Assembly (NCBI GenBank): GCA_964016885.1
Contig: OZ024744.1
Coordinates: forward strand, 117,614,001 to 117,678,000
Source of the DNA: Eledone cirrhosa
Taxonomy: Eukaryota
DNA length: 64,000 nucleotides
Direction of reading: 5' to 3'
The position numbers and the translations under genes were made by a program. Positions 1 to 15,000 of this stretch are shown piece after piece. Below the pieces are notes generated by a model. That model was not told the origin of the DNA and did not search any database. It was given only the letters and a program-made list of their open reading frames with translations. Each line of letters begins with the position of its first letter. Position 1 is the stretch's first letter.

Positions 1-3000
1 TACCTAGCCTAACACTACTATAATTACTGTTAGTACTACTGCAAGATCTTTAGTACCTAGCCTAACACTACTATAATTACTGTTAGTACTACTGTAAGAT
101 CTTTAGTACCTAGCCTAACACTACTATAATTACTGTTAGTGCTACTGTAAGATCTTTAGTACCTAGCCTAACACTACTATAATTACTGGTGGTACTACTG
201 TAAGATCTTTAGTACCTAGCCTAACACTACTATAATTACTGGTGGTACTACTGTAAGATCTTTAGTACCTAGCCTAACACTACTATAATTACTGTTAGTA
301 CTACTGTAAGATCTTTAGTACCTAGCCTAACACTACTATAATTACTGGTAGTACTACTGTAAGATCTTTAGTACCTAGCCTCACACTACTATAATTACTG
401 GTGGTACTACTGTAAGATCTTTAGTATCTAGCCTAATACTACTATAATTACTGTTAGTACTACTGTAAGATCTTTAGTACCTAGCCTAACACTACTATAA
501 TTACTGTTAGTACTACTGTAAGATCTTTAGTACCTAGTCTAACACTACTATAATTACTGGTGGTACTACTGTAAGATCTTTAGTATCTAGCCTAACACTA
601 CTATAATTACTGTTAGTACTACTGTAAGATCTTTAGTACCTAGCCTAACACTACTATAATTACTGGTGGTACTACTGTAAGATCTTTAGTACCTAGCCTA
701 ACACTACTATAATTACTGTTAGTACTACTGTAAGATCTTTAGTACCTAGCCTAACACTACTATAATTACTGTTAGTACTACTGTAAGATCTTTAGTACCT
801 AGCCTAACACTACTATAATTACTGGTGGTACTACTGTAAGATCTTTAGTACCTAGCCTAACACTACTATAATTACTGGTGGTACTACTGTAAGATCTTTA
901 GTACCTAGCCTAACACTACTATAATTACTGGTGGTACTACTGTAAGATCTTTAGTACCTAGCCTAACACTACTATAATTACTGGTGGTACTACTGTAAGA
1001 TCTTTAGTACCTAGCCTAACACTACTATAATTACTGGTGGTACTACTGTAAGATCTTTAGTACCTAGCCTAACACTACTATAATTACTGGTGGTACTACT
1101 GTAAGATCTTTAGTACCTAGCCTAACACTACTATAATTACTGGTGGTACTACTGTAAGGTCTTTAGTACCTAGCCTAACACTACTATAATTACTGTTAGT
1201 ACTACTGCAAGATCTTTAGTACCTAGCCTAACACTACTATAATTACTGGTGGTACTACTGTAAGATCTTTAGTACCTAGCCTAACACTACTATAATTACT
1301 GTTAGTACTACTGTAAGATCTTTAGTACCTAGCCTAACACTACTATAATTACTGGTGGTACTACTGTAAGATCTTTAGTACCTAGCCTAACACTACTATA
1401 ATTACTGGTGGTACTACTGTAAGATCTTTAGTACCTAGCCTAACACTACTATAATTACTGGTGGTACTACTGTAAGATCTTTAGTACCTAGCCTAACACT
1501 ACTATAATTACTGTTAGTACTACTGTAAGATCTTTAGTACCTAGCCTAACACTACTATAATTACTGGTAGTACTACTGTAAGATCTTTAGTACCTAGCCT
1601 AACACTACTATAATTACTGGTGGTACTACTGTAAGATCTTTAGTATCTAGCCTAATACTACTATAATTACTGTTAGTACTACTGTAAGATCTTTAGTACC
1701 TAGCCTAACACTACTATAATTACTGTTAGTACTACTGTAAGATCTTTAGTACCTAGTCTAACACTACTATAATTACTGGTGGTACTACTGTAAGATCTTT
1801 AGTATCTAGCCTAACACTACTATAATTACTGTTAGTACTACTGTAAGATCTTTAGTACCTAGCCTAACACTACTATAATTACTGGTCCTACTACTGTAAA
1901 TCTTTAGTACCTAGCCTAACACTACTATAATTACTGTTAGTACTACTGTAAGATCTTTAGTACCTAGCCTAACACTACTATAATTACTGGTAGTACTACT
2001 GTAAGATCTTTAGTACCTAGCCTAACACTACTATAATTACTGGTGGTACTACTGTAAGATCTTTAGTACCTAGTCTAACACTACTATAATTACTGTTAGT
2101 ACTACTGTAAGATCTTTAGTACCTAGTCTAACACTACTATAATTACTGTTAGTACTACTGTAAGATCTTTAGTACCTAGCCTGACACTACTATAATTACT
2201 GTTAGTACTAATGTAAGATCTTTAGTACCTAGCCTAACACTACTATAATTACTGTTAGTACTACTGTAAGATCTTTAGTACCTAGCCTAACACTATTATA
2301 ATTACTGGTGGTACTACTGTAAGATCTTTAGTACCTAGCCTAACACTATTATAATTACTGGTGGTACTACTGTAAGATCTTTAGTACCTAGCCTAACACT
2401 ACTATAATTACTGGTGGTACTACTGTAAGATCTTTAGTACCTAGCCTAACACTACTATAATTACTGTTAGTACTACTGTAAGATCTTTAGTACCTAGCCT
2501 AACACTATTATAATTACTGGTGGTACTACTGTAAGATCTTTAGTACCTAGCCTAACACTACTATAATTACTGGTGGTACTACTGTAAGATCTTTAGTGCC
2601 TAGCCTAACACTACTATAATTACTGGTGGTACTACTGTAAGATCTTTAGTACCTAGCCTAACACTACTATAATTACTGGTGGTACTACTGTAAGATCTTT
2701 AGTACCTAGCCTAACACTATTATAATTACTGGTGGTACTACTGTAAGATCTTTAGTACCTAGCCTAACACTATTATAATTACTGGTGGTACTACTGTAAG
2801 ATCTTTAGTACCTAGACTAACACTACTATAATTACTGGTGGTACTACTGTAAGAGCTTTAGTACCTAGCCTAACACTACTATAATTACTGGTGGTACTAC
2901 TGTAAGATCTTTAGTACCTAGCCTAACAATACTATAATTACTGGTGGTACTACTGTAAGATCTTTAGTACCTAGCCTAACACTATTATAATTACTGGTGG

Positions 3001-6000
3001 TACTACTGTAAGAACTTTAGTACCTAGCCTAACACTACTATAATTACTGGTGGTACTACTGTAAGATCTTTAGTACCTAGCCTAACACTACTATAATTAC
3101 TGGTGGTACTATTGTAAGATCTTTAGTACCTAGCCTAACACTACTATAATTACTGGTGGTACTACTGTAAGATCTTTAGTACCTAGCCTAACACTATTAT
3201 AATTACTGGTGGTACTACTGTAAGATCTTTAGTACTTAGCCTAACACTACTATAATTACTGGTGGTACTACTGTAAGATCTTTAGTACCTAGCCTAACAC
3301 TACTATAATTACTGGTGGTACTACTGTAAGATCTTTAGTACCTAGCCTAACACTACTATAATTACTCGTGGTACTACTTTAAGATCTTTAGTACCTAGCC
3401 TAACACTATTATAATTACTGGTGGTACTACTGTAAGATCTTTAGTACCTAGCCTAACACTACTATAATTACTGTTAGTACTACTGTAAGATCTTTAGTAC
3501 TTAGCCTAACACTACTATAATTACTGGTGGTACTACTGTAAGATCTTTAGTACCTAGCCTAACACTACTATAATTACTGGTGGTACTACTGTAAGATCTT
3601 TAGTACCTAGCCTAACACTACTATAATTACTGGTGGTACTACTGTAAGATCTTTAGTACCTAGCCTAACACTACTATAATTACTGGTGGTACTACTATAA
3701 GATCTTTAGTACCTAGCCTAACACTACTATAATTACTGTTAGTACTACTGTAAGATCTTTAGTACCTAGCCTAACACTACTATAATTACTGGTGGTACTA
3801 CTGTAAGATCTTTAGTACCTAGCCTAACACTACTATAATTACTGGTGGTACTACTGTAAGATCTTTAGTACCTAGCCTAACACTACTATAATTACTGTTA
3901 GTACTACTGTAAGATCTTTAGTACCTAGCCTAACACTACTATAATTACTGGTGGTACTACTGTAAGATCTTTAGTACCTAGCCTAACACTACTATAATTA
4001 CTGTTAGTACTACTGTAAGATCTTTAGTACCTAGCCTAACACTACTATAATTACTGGTGGTACTACTGTAAGATCTTTAGTACCTAGTCTAACACTACTA
4101 TAATTACTGGTGGTACTACTGTAACATCTTTAGTACCTAGCCTAACACTACTATAATTACTGGTGGTACTACTGTAACATCTTTAGTACCTAGCCTAACA
4201 CTACTATAATTACTGGTGGTACTACTGTAAGATCTTTAGTACCTAGCCTAACACTACTATAATTACTGGTGGTACTACTGTAACATCTTTAGTACCTAGC
4301 CTAACACTACTATAATTACTGGTGGTACTACTGTAAGATCTTTAGTACCTAGCCTAACACTACTATAATTACTGGTGGTACTACTGTAAGATCTTTAGTA
4401 CCTAGCCTAACACTACTATAATTACTGGTGGTACTACTGTAAGATCTTTAGTACCTAGCCTAACACTACTATAATTACTGGTGGTACTACTGTAAGATCT
4501 TTAGTACCTAGCCTAACACTACTATAATTACTGGTGGTACTACTGTAAGATCTTTAGTACCTAGCCTAACACTACTATAATTACTGGTGGTACACTACTA
4601 TAATTACTGGTGGTACTACTGTAAGATCTTTAGTACCTAGCCTAACACTACTATAATTACTGGTGGTACTACTGTAAGATCTTTAGTACCTAGCCTAACA
4701 CTACTATAATTACTGTTAGTACTACTGTAAGATATTTAGTACCTAGCCTAACACTACTATAATTACTGGTGGTACTACTGTAAGATCTTTAGTACCTAGC
4801 CTAACACTACTATAATTACTGGTGGTACTACTGTAAGATCTTTAGTACCTAGCCTAACACTACTATAATTACTGTTAGTACTACTGTAAGATCTTTAGTA
4901 CCTAGCCTAACACTACTATAATTACTGGTGGTACTACTGTAAGATCTTTAGTACCTAGCCTAACACTACTATAATTACTGTTAGTACTACTGTAAGATCT
5001 TTAGTACCTAGCCTAACACTACTATAATTACTGTTAGTACTACTGCAAGATCTTTAGTACCTAGCCTAACACTACTATAATTACTGTTAGTACTACTGTA
5101 AGATCTTTAGTACCTAGCCTAACACTACTATAATTACTGTTAGTGCTACTGTAAGATCTTTAGTACCTAGCCTAACACTACTATAATTACTGGTAGTACT
5201 ACTGCAAGATCTTTAGTACCTAGCCTAACACTACTATAATTACTGTTAGTACTACTGTAAGATCTTTAGTACCTAGCCTAACACTACTATAATTACTGTT
5301 AGTGCTACTGTAAGATCTTTAGTACCTAGCCTAACACTACTATAATTACTGGTGGTACTACTGTAAGATCTTTAGTACCTAGCCTAACACTACTATAATT
5401 ACTGTTAGTACTACTGTAAGATCTTTAGTACCTAGCCTAACACTACTATAATTACTGTTAGTACTACTGCAAGATCTTTAGTACCTAGCCTAACACTACT
5501 ATAATTACTGTTAGTACTACTGTAAGATCTTTAGTACCTAGCCTAACACTACTATAATTACTGTTAGTGCTACTGTAAGATCTTTAGTACCTAGCCTAAC
5601 ACTACTATAATTACTGGTGGTACTACTGTAAGATCTTTAGTACCTAGCCTAACACTACTATAATTACTGGTGGTACTACTGTAAGATCTTTAGTACCTAG
5701 CCTAACACTACTATAATTACTGTTAGTACTACTGTAAGATCTTTAGTACCTAGCCTAACACTACTATAATTACTGGTAGGACTACTGTAAGATCTTTAGT
5801 ACCTAGCCTAACACTACTATAATTACTGGTGGTACTACTGTAAGATCTTTAGTATCTAGCCTAATACTACTATAATTACTGTTAGTACTACTGTAAGATC
5901 TTTAGTACCTAGCCTAACACTACTATAATTACTGTTAGTACTACTGTAAGATCTTTAGTACCTAGTCTAACACTACTATAATTACTGGTGGTACTACTGT

Positions 6001-9000
6001 AAGATCTTTAGTATCTAGCCTAACACTACTATAATTACTGTTAGTACTACTGTAAGATCTTTAGTACCTAGCCTAACACTACTATAATTACTGGTGGTAC
6101 TACTGTAAGATCTTTAGTACCTAGCCTAACACTACTATAATTACTGTTAGTACTACTGTAAGATCTTTAGTACCTAGCCTAACACTACTATAATTACTGT
6201 TAGTACTACTGTAAGATCTTTAGTACCTAGCCTAACACTACTATAATTACTGGTGGTACTACTGTAACATCTTTAGTACCTAGCCTAACACTACTATAAT
6301 TACTGGTGGTACTACTGTAAGATCTTTAGTACCTAGCCTAACACTACTATAATTACTGGTGGTACTACTGTAAGATCTTTAGTACCTAGCCTAACACTAC
6401 TATAATTACTGGTGGTACTACTGTAAGATCTTTAGTACCTAGCCTAACACTACTATAATTACTGGTGGTACTACTGTAAGATCTTTAGTACCTAGCCTAA
6501 CACTACTATAATTACTGGTGGTACTACTGTAAGATCTTTAGTACCTAGCCTAACACTACTATAATTACTGGTGGTACTACTGTAAGGTCTTTAGTACCTA
6601 GCCTAACACTACTATAATTACTGTTAGTACTACTGTAAGATATTTAGTACCTAGCCTAACACTACTATAATTACTGGTGGTACTACTGTAAGATCTTTAG
6701 TACCTAGCCTAACACTACTATAATTACTGTTAGTACTACTGTAAGATCTTTAGTACCTAGCCTAACACTACTATAATTACTGGTGGTACTACTGTAAGAT
6801 CTTTAGTACCTAGCCTAACACTACTATAATTACTGGTGGTACTACTGTAAGATCTTTAGTACCTAGCCTAACAGTACTATAATTACTGGTGGTACTAATG
6901 TAAGATCTTTAGTACCTAGCCTAACACTACTATAATTACTGTTAGTACTACTGTAAGATCTTTAGTACCTAGCCTAACACTACTATAATTACTGGTAGTA
7001 CTACTGTAAGATCTTTAGTACCTAGCCTAACACTACTATAATTACTGGTGGTACTACTGTAAGATCTTTAGTATGTAGCCTAATACTACTATAATTACTG
7101 TTAGTACTACTGTAAGATCTTTAGTACCTAGCCTAACACTACTATAATTACTGTTAGTACTACTGTAAGATCTTTAGTACCTAGTCTAACACTACTATAA
7201 TTACTGGTGGTACTACTGTAAGATCTTTAGTATCTAGCCTAACACAACTATAATTACTGTTAGTACTACTGTAAGATCTTTAGTACCTAGCCTAACACTA
7301 CTATAATTACTGGTGGTACTACTGTAAGATCTTTAGTACCTAGCCTAACACTACTATAATTACTGTTAGTACTACTGTAAGATCTTTAGTACCTAGCCTA
7401 ACACTACTATAATTACTGGTAGTACTACTGTAAGATCTTTAGTACCTAGCCTAACACTACTATAATTACTGGTGGTACTACTGTAAGATCTTTAGTACCT
7501 AGTCTAACACTACTATAATTACTGTTAGTACTACTGTAAGATCTTTAGTACCTAGTCTAACACTACTATAATTACTGGTGGTACTACTGTAAGATCTTTA
7601 GTACCTAGCCTAACACTACTATAATTACTGGTGGTACTACTGTAAGATCTTTAGTACCTAGCCTAACACTATTATAATTACTGGTGGTACTACTGTAAGA
7701 ACTTTAGTACCTAGCCTAACACTACTATAATTACTGGTGGTACTACTGTAAGATCTTTAGTACCTAGCCTAACACTACTATAATTACTGGTGGTACTACT
7801 GTAAGATCTTTAGTACCTAGCCTAACACTACTATAATTACTGGTGGTACTACTGTAAGATCTTTAGTACCTAGCCTAACACTATTATAATTACTGGTGGT
7901 ACTACTGTAAGATCTTTAGTACCTAGCCTAACACTACTATAATTACTGGTGGTACTACTGTAAGATCTTTAGTACCTAGCCTAACACTACTATAATTACT
8001 GGTGGTACTACTGTAAGATCTTTAGTACCTAGCCTAACACTACTATAATTACTGGTGGTACTACTGTAAGATCTTTAGTACCTAGTCTAACACTATTATA
8101 ATTACTGGTGGTACTACTGTAAGATCTTTAGTACTTAGCCTAACACTACTATAATTACTGGTGGTACTACTGTAAGATCTTTAGTACCTAGCCTAACACT
8201 ACTATAATTACTGGTGGTACTACTGTAAGATCTTTAGTACCTAGCCTAACACTACTATAATTACTGGTGGTACTACTGTAAGATCTTTAGTACCTAGCCT
8301 AACACTACTATAATTACTGGTGGTACTACTATAAGATCTTTAGTACCTAGCCTAACACTACTATAATTACTGTTAGTACTACTGTAAGATCTTTAGTACC
8401 TAGCCTAACACTACTATAATTACTGGTGGTACTACTGTATGATCTTTAGTACCTAGCCTAACACTACTATTATTACTGGTGGTACTACTGTAAGATCTTT
8501 AGTACCTAGCCTAACACTATTATAATTACTGGTGGTACTACTGTAAGATCTTTAGTACCTAGCCTAACACTGCTATAATTACTGGTGGTACTACTGTAAG
8601 ATCTTTAGTACTTAGCCTAACACTACTATAATTACTGGTGGTACTACTGTAAGATCTTTAGTACCTAGCCTAACACTACTATAATTACTGGTGGTACTAC
8701 TGTAAGATCTTTAGTACTTAGCCTAACACTATTATAATTACTGGTGGTACTACTGTAAGATCTTTAGTACCTAGTCTAACACTACTATAATTACTGGTGG
8801 TACTACTGTAAGATCTTTAGTACCTAGCCTAACACTACTATAATTACTGGTGGTACTACTGTAAGATCTTTAGTACCTAGCCTAACACTACTATAATTAC
8901 TGGTGGTACTACTGTAAGATCTTTAGTACCTAGCCTAACACTACTATAATTACTGGTGGTACTACTGTAAGATCTTTAGTACCTAGCCTAACACTACTAT

Positions 9001-12000
9001 AATTACTGTTAGTACTACTGTAAGATCTTTAGTACCTAGCCTAACACTATTATAATTACTGGTGGTACTACTGTAAGATCTTTAGTACCTAGCCTAACAC
9101 TACTATAATTACTGGTGGTACTACTGTAAGATCTTTAGTACCTAGCCTAACACTACTATAATTACTGTTAGTACTACTGTAAGATCTTTAGTACCTAGCC
9201 TAACACTACTATAATTACTGGTGGTACTACTGTAAGATCTTTAGTACCTAGCCTAACACTACTATAATTACTGTTAGTACTACTGTAAGATCTTTAGTAC
9301 CTAGCCTAACACTACTATAATTACTGGTGGTACTACTGTAAGATCTTCAGTACCTAGCCTAACACTACTATAATTACTGTTAGTACTACTGTAAGATCTT
9401 TAGTACCTAGCCTAACACTACTATAATTACTGGTGGTACTACTGTAAGATCTTTAGTACCTAGCCTAACACTACTATAATTACTGTTAGTACTACTGTAA
9501 GATCTTTAGTACCTAGCCTAACACTATTATAATTACTGGTGGTACTACTGTAAGATCTTTAGTACCTAGCCTAACACTATTATAATTACTGGTGGTACTA
9601 CTGTAAGATCTTTAGTACCTAGCCTAACACTATTATAATTACTGTTAGTACTACTGTAAGATCTTTAGTACCTAGCCTAACACTACTATAATTACTGGTG
9701 GTATTACTGTAAGATCTTTAGTACCTAGCCTAACACTACTATAATTACTGGTGGTACTACTGTAAGATCTTTAGTACCTTGCCTAACACTACTATAATTA
9801 CTGGTGGTACTACTGTAAGATCTTTAGTACCTAGCCTAACACTACTATAATTACTGGTGGTACTACTGTAAGATCTTTAGTACCTAGCCTAACACTACTA
9901 TAATTACTGGTGGTACTACTGTAAGATCTTTAGTACCTAGCGTAACACTACTATAATTACTGGTGGTACTACTGTAAGATCTTTAGTACCTAGCCTAACA
10001 CTACTATAATTACTGGTGGTACTACTGTAAGATCTTTAGTACCTAGCCTAACACTACTATAATTACTGGTGGTACTACTGTAAGATCTTTAGTACCTAGC
10101 CTAACACTACTATAATTACTGGTGGTACTACTGTAAGATCTTTAGTACCTAGCCTAACACTACTATAATTACTGGTGGTACTACTGTAAGATCTTTAGTA
10201 CCTAGCCTAACACTACTATAATTACTGGTGGTACTACTGTAAGATCTTTAGTACCTAGCCTAACACTACTATAATTACTGTTAGTACTACTGTAAGATCT
10301 TTAGTACCTAGCCTAACGCTATTATAATTACTGGTGGTACTACTGTAAGATCTTTAGTACATAGCCTAACACTATTATAATTACTGGTGGTACTACTGTA
10401 AGATCTTTAGTACCTAGCCTAACACTATTATAATTACTGTTAGTACTACTGTAAGATCTTTAGTACCTAGCCTAACACTACTATAATTACTGGTGGTACT
10501 ACTGTAAGATCTTTAGTACCTAGCCTAACACTACTATAATTACTGGTGGTACTACTGTAAGATCTTTAGTACCTAGCCTAACACTACTATAATTACTGTT
10601 AGTACTACTGTAAGATCTTTAGTACCTAGCCTAACACTATTATAATTACTGGTGGTACTACTGTAAGATCTTTAGTACCTAGCCTAACACTACTATAATT
10701 ACTGGTGGTACTACTGTAAGATCTTTAGTACCTAGCCTAACACTACTATAATTACTGTTAGTACTACTGTAAGATCTTTAGTACCTAGCCTAACACTACT
10801 ATAATTACTGGTGGTACTACTGTAAGATCTTTAGTACCTAGCCTAACACTACTATAATTACTGTTAGTACTACTGTAAGATCTTTAGTACCTAGCCTAAC
10901 ACTACTATAATTACTGGTGGTACTACTGTAAGATCTTCAGTACCTAGCCTAACACTACTATAATTACTGTTAGTACTACTGTAAGATCTTTAGTACCTAG
11001 CCTAACACTACTATAATTACTGGTGGTACTACTGTAAGATCTTTAGTACCTAGCCTAACACTACTATAATTACTGTTAGTACTACTGTAAGATCTTTAGT
11101 ACCTAGCCTAACACTATTATAATTACTGGTGGTACTACTGTAAGATCTTTAGTACCTAGCCTAACACTATTATAATTACTGTTAGTACTACTGTAAGATC
11201 TTTAGTACCTAGCCTAACACTACTATAATTACTGGTGGTATTACTGTAAGATCTTTAGTACCTAGCCTAACACTACTATAATTACTGGTGGTACTACTGT
11301 AAGATCTTTAGTACCTTGCCTAACACTACTATAATTACTGGTGGTACTACTGTAAGATCTTTAGTACCTAGCCTAACACTACTATAATTACTGGTGGTAC
11401 TACTGTAAGATCTTTAGTACCTAGCCTAACACTACTATAATTACTGGTGGTACTACTGTAAGATCTTTAGTACCTAGCCTAACACTACTATAATTACTGG
11501 TGGTACTACTGTAAGATCTTTAGTACCTAGCCTAACACTACTATAATTACTGGTGGTACTACTGTAAGATCTTTAGTACCTAGCCTAACACTACTATAAT
11601 TACTGGTGGTACTACTGTAAGATCTTTAGTACCTAGCCTAACACTACTATAATTACTGGTGGTACTACTGTAAGATCTTTAGTACCTAGCCTAACACTAC
11701 TATAATTACTGGTGGTACTACTGTAAGATCTTTAGTACCTAGCCTAACACTACTATAATTACTGGTGGTACTACTGTAAGATCTTTAGTACCTAGCCTAA
11801 CACTACTATAATTACTGTTAGTACTACTGTAAGATCTTTAGTACCTAGCCTAACGCTATTATAATTACTGGTGGTACTACTGTAAGATCTTTAGTACATA
11901 GCCTAACACTATTATAATTACTGGTGGTACTACTGTAAGATCTTTAGTACCTAGCCTAACACTATTATAATTACTGTTAGTACTACTGTAAGATCTTTAG

Positions 12001-15000
12001 TACCTAGCCTAACACTACTATAATTACTGGTGGTATTACTGTAAGATCTTTAGTACCTAGCCTAACACTACTATAATTACTGGTGGTACTACTGTAAGAT
12101 CTTTAGTACCTAGCCTAACACTACTATAATTACTGGTGGTACTACTGTAAGGTCTTTAGTACCTAGCCTAACACTACTATAATTACCGTTAGTACTACTG
12201 TAAGATCTTTAGTACCTAGCCTAACGCTACTATAATTACTGTTGGTACTACTGTAAGATCTTTAGTACCTAGCCTAACACTACTATAATTACTGTTAGTA
12301 CTACTGTAAGATCTTTAGTACCTAGCCTAACACTACTATATTTACTGGTGGTACTACTGTAAGATCTTTAGTACCTAGCCTAACACTACTATAATTACTG
12401 GTGGTACTACTGTAAGATCTTTAGTACCTAGCCTAACACTACTATAATTACTGGTGGTACTAATGTAAGATCTTTAGTACCTAGCCTAACACTACTATAA
12501 TTACTGTTAGTACTACTGTAAGATCTTTAGTACCTAGCCTAACACTACTATAATTACTGTTAGTACTACTGTAAGATCTTTAGTACCTAGCCTAACACTA
12601 CTATAATTACTGGTGGTACTACTGTAAGATCTTTAGTATCTAGCCTAACACAACTATAATTACTGTTAGTACTACTGTAAGATCTTTAGTACCTAGCCTA
12701 ACACTACTATAATTACTGGTGGTACTACTGTAAGATCTTTAGTACCTAGCCTAACACTACTATAATTACTGTTAGTACTACTGTAAGATCTTTAGTACCT
12801 AGCCTAACACTACTATAATTACTGGTAGTACTACTGTAAGATCTTTAGTACCTAGCCTAACACTACTATAATTACTGGTGGTACTACTGTAAGATCTTTA
12901 GTACCTAGTCTAACACTACTATAATTACTGTTAGTACTACTGTAAGATCTTTAGTACCTAGTCTAACACTACTATAATTACTGTTAGTACTAATGTAAGA
13001 TCTTTAGTACCTAGCCTAACACTACTATATTTACTGTTAGTAATACTGTAAGATCTTTAGTACCTAGCCTAACACTATTATAATTACTGGTGGTACTACT
13101 GTAACATCTTTAGTACCTAGCCTAACACTACTATAATTACTGGTGGTACTACTGTAAGATCTTTAGTACCTAGCCTAACACTACTATAATTACTGGTGGT
13201 ACTACTGTAAGATCTTTAGTACCTAGCCTAACACTACTATAATTACTGGTGGTACTACTGTAAGATCTTTAGTACCTAGCCTAACACTACTATAATTACT
13301 GGTGGTACTACTGTAAGATCTTTAGTACCTAGCCTAACACTACTATAATTACTGGTGGTACTACTGTAAGATCTTTAGTACCTAGCCTAACACTACTATA
13401 ATTACTGTTAGTACTACTGTAAGATCTTTAGTACCTAGCCTAACGCTATTATAATTACTGGTGGTACTACTGTAAGATCTTTAGTACATAGCCTAACACT
13501 ATTATAATTACTGGTGGTACTACTGTAAGATCATTAGTACCTAGCCTAACACTATTATAATTACTGTTAGTACTACTGTAAGATCTTTAGTACCTAGCCT
13601 AACACTACTATAATTACTGGTGGTATTACTGTAAGATCTTTAGTACCTAGCCTAACACTACTATAATTACTGGTGGTACTACTGTAAGATCTTTAGTACC
13701 TAGCCTAACACTACTATAATTACTGGTGGTACTACTGTAAGATCTTTAGTACCTAGCCTAACACTACTATAATTACTGGTGGTACTAATGTAAGATCTGT
13801 AGTACCTAGCCTAACACTACTATAATTACTGTTAGTACTACTGTAAGATCTTTAGTACCTAGCCTAACACTACTATAATTACTGTTAGTACTACTGTAAG
13901 ATCTTTAGTACCTAGCCTAACACTATTATAATTACTGGTGGTACTACTGTAAGATCTTTAGTACCTAGCCTAACACTACTATAATTACTGGTGGTACTAC
14001 TGTAAGATCTTTAGTACCTAGCCTAACACTACTATAATTACTGTTAGTACTACTGTAAGATCTTTAGTACCTAGCCTAACACTACTATAATTACTGGTGG
14101 TACTACTGTAAGATCTTTAGTACCTAGCCTAACACTACTATAATTACTGTTAGTACTACTGTAAGATCTTTAGTACCTAGCCTAACACTACTATAATTAC
14201 TGGTGGTACTACTGTAAGATCTTTAGTACCTAGCCTAACACTACTATAATTACTGGTGGTACTACTGTAAGATCTTTAGTACCTAGCCTAACACTACTAT
14301 AATTACTGGTGGTACTACTGTAAGATCTTTAGTACCTAGCCTAACACTACTATAATTACTGTTAGTACTACTGTAAGATCTTTAGTACCTAGCCTAACAC
14401 TATTATAATTACTGGTGGTACTACTGTAAGATCTTTAGTACCTAGCCTAACACTATTATAATTACTGGTGGTACTACTGTAAGATCTTTAGTACCTAGCC
14501 TAACACTATTATAATACTGTTAGTACTACTGTAAGATCTTTAGTACCTAGCCTAACACTACTATAATTACTGGTGGTATTACTGTAAGATCTTTAGTACC
14601 TAGCCTAACACTACTATAATTACTGGTGGTACTACTGTAAGATCTTTAGTATCTAGCCTAATACTACTATAATTACTGGTGGTACTACTGTAAGATCTTT
14701 AGTACCTAGCCTAACACTACTATAATTACTGGTGGTACTACTGTAAGATCTTTAGTACCTAGCCTAACACTACTATAATTACTGGTGGTACTACTGTAAG
14801 ATCTTTAGTACCTAGCCTAACACTACAATAATTACTGGTGGTACTACTGTAACATCTTTAGTACCTAGCCTAACACTACTATAATTACTGGTGGTACTAC
14901 TGTAAGATCTTTAGTACCTAGCCTAACACTACTATAATTACTGTTAGTACTACTGTAAGATCTTTAGTACCTAGCCTAACACTACTATAATTACTGGTAG

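Noticed and set aside
90-106. ACTGTAAGATCT resembles the tRNA-Phe anticodon arm (ACTGAAGATCT)
   Set aside because: It is only about 11 nt with a gap, with no A or B boxes or cloverleaf, so probably chance.
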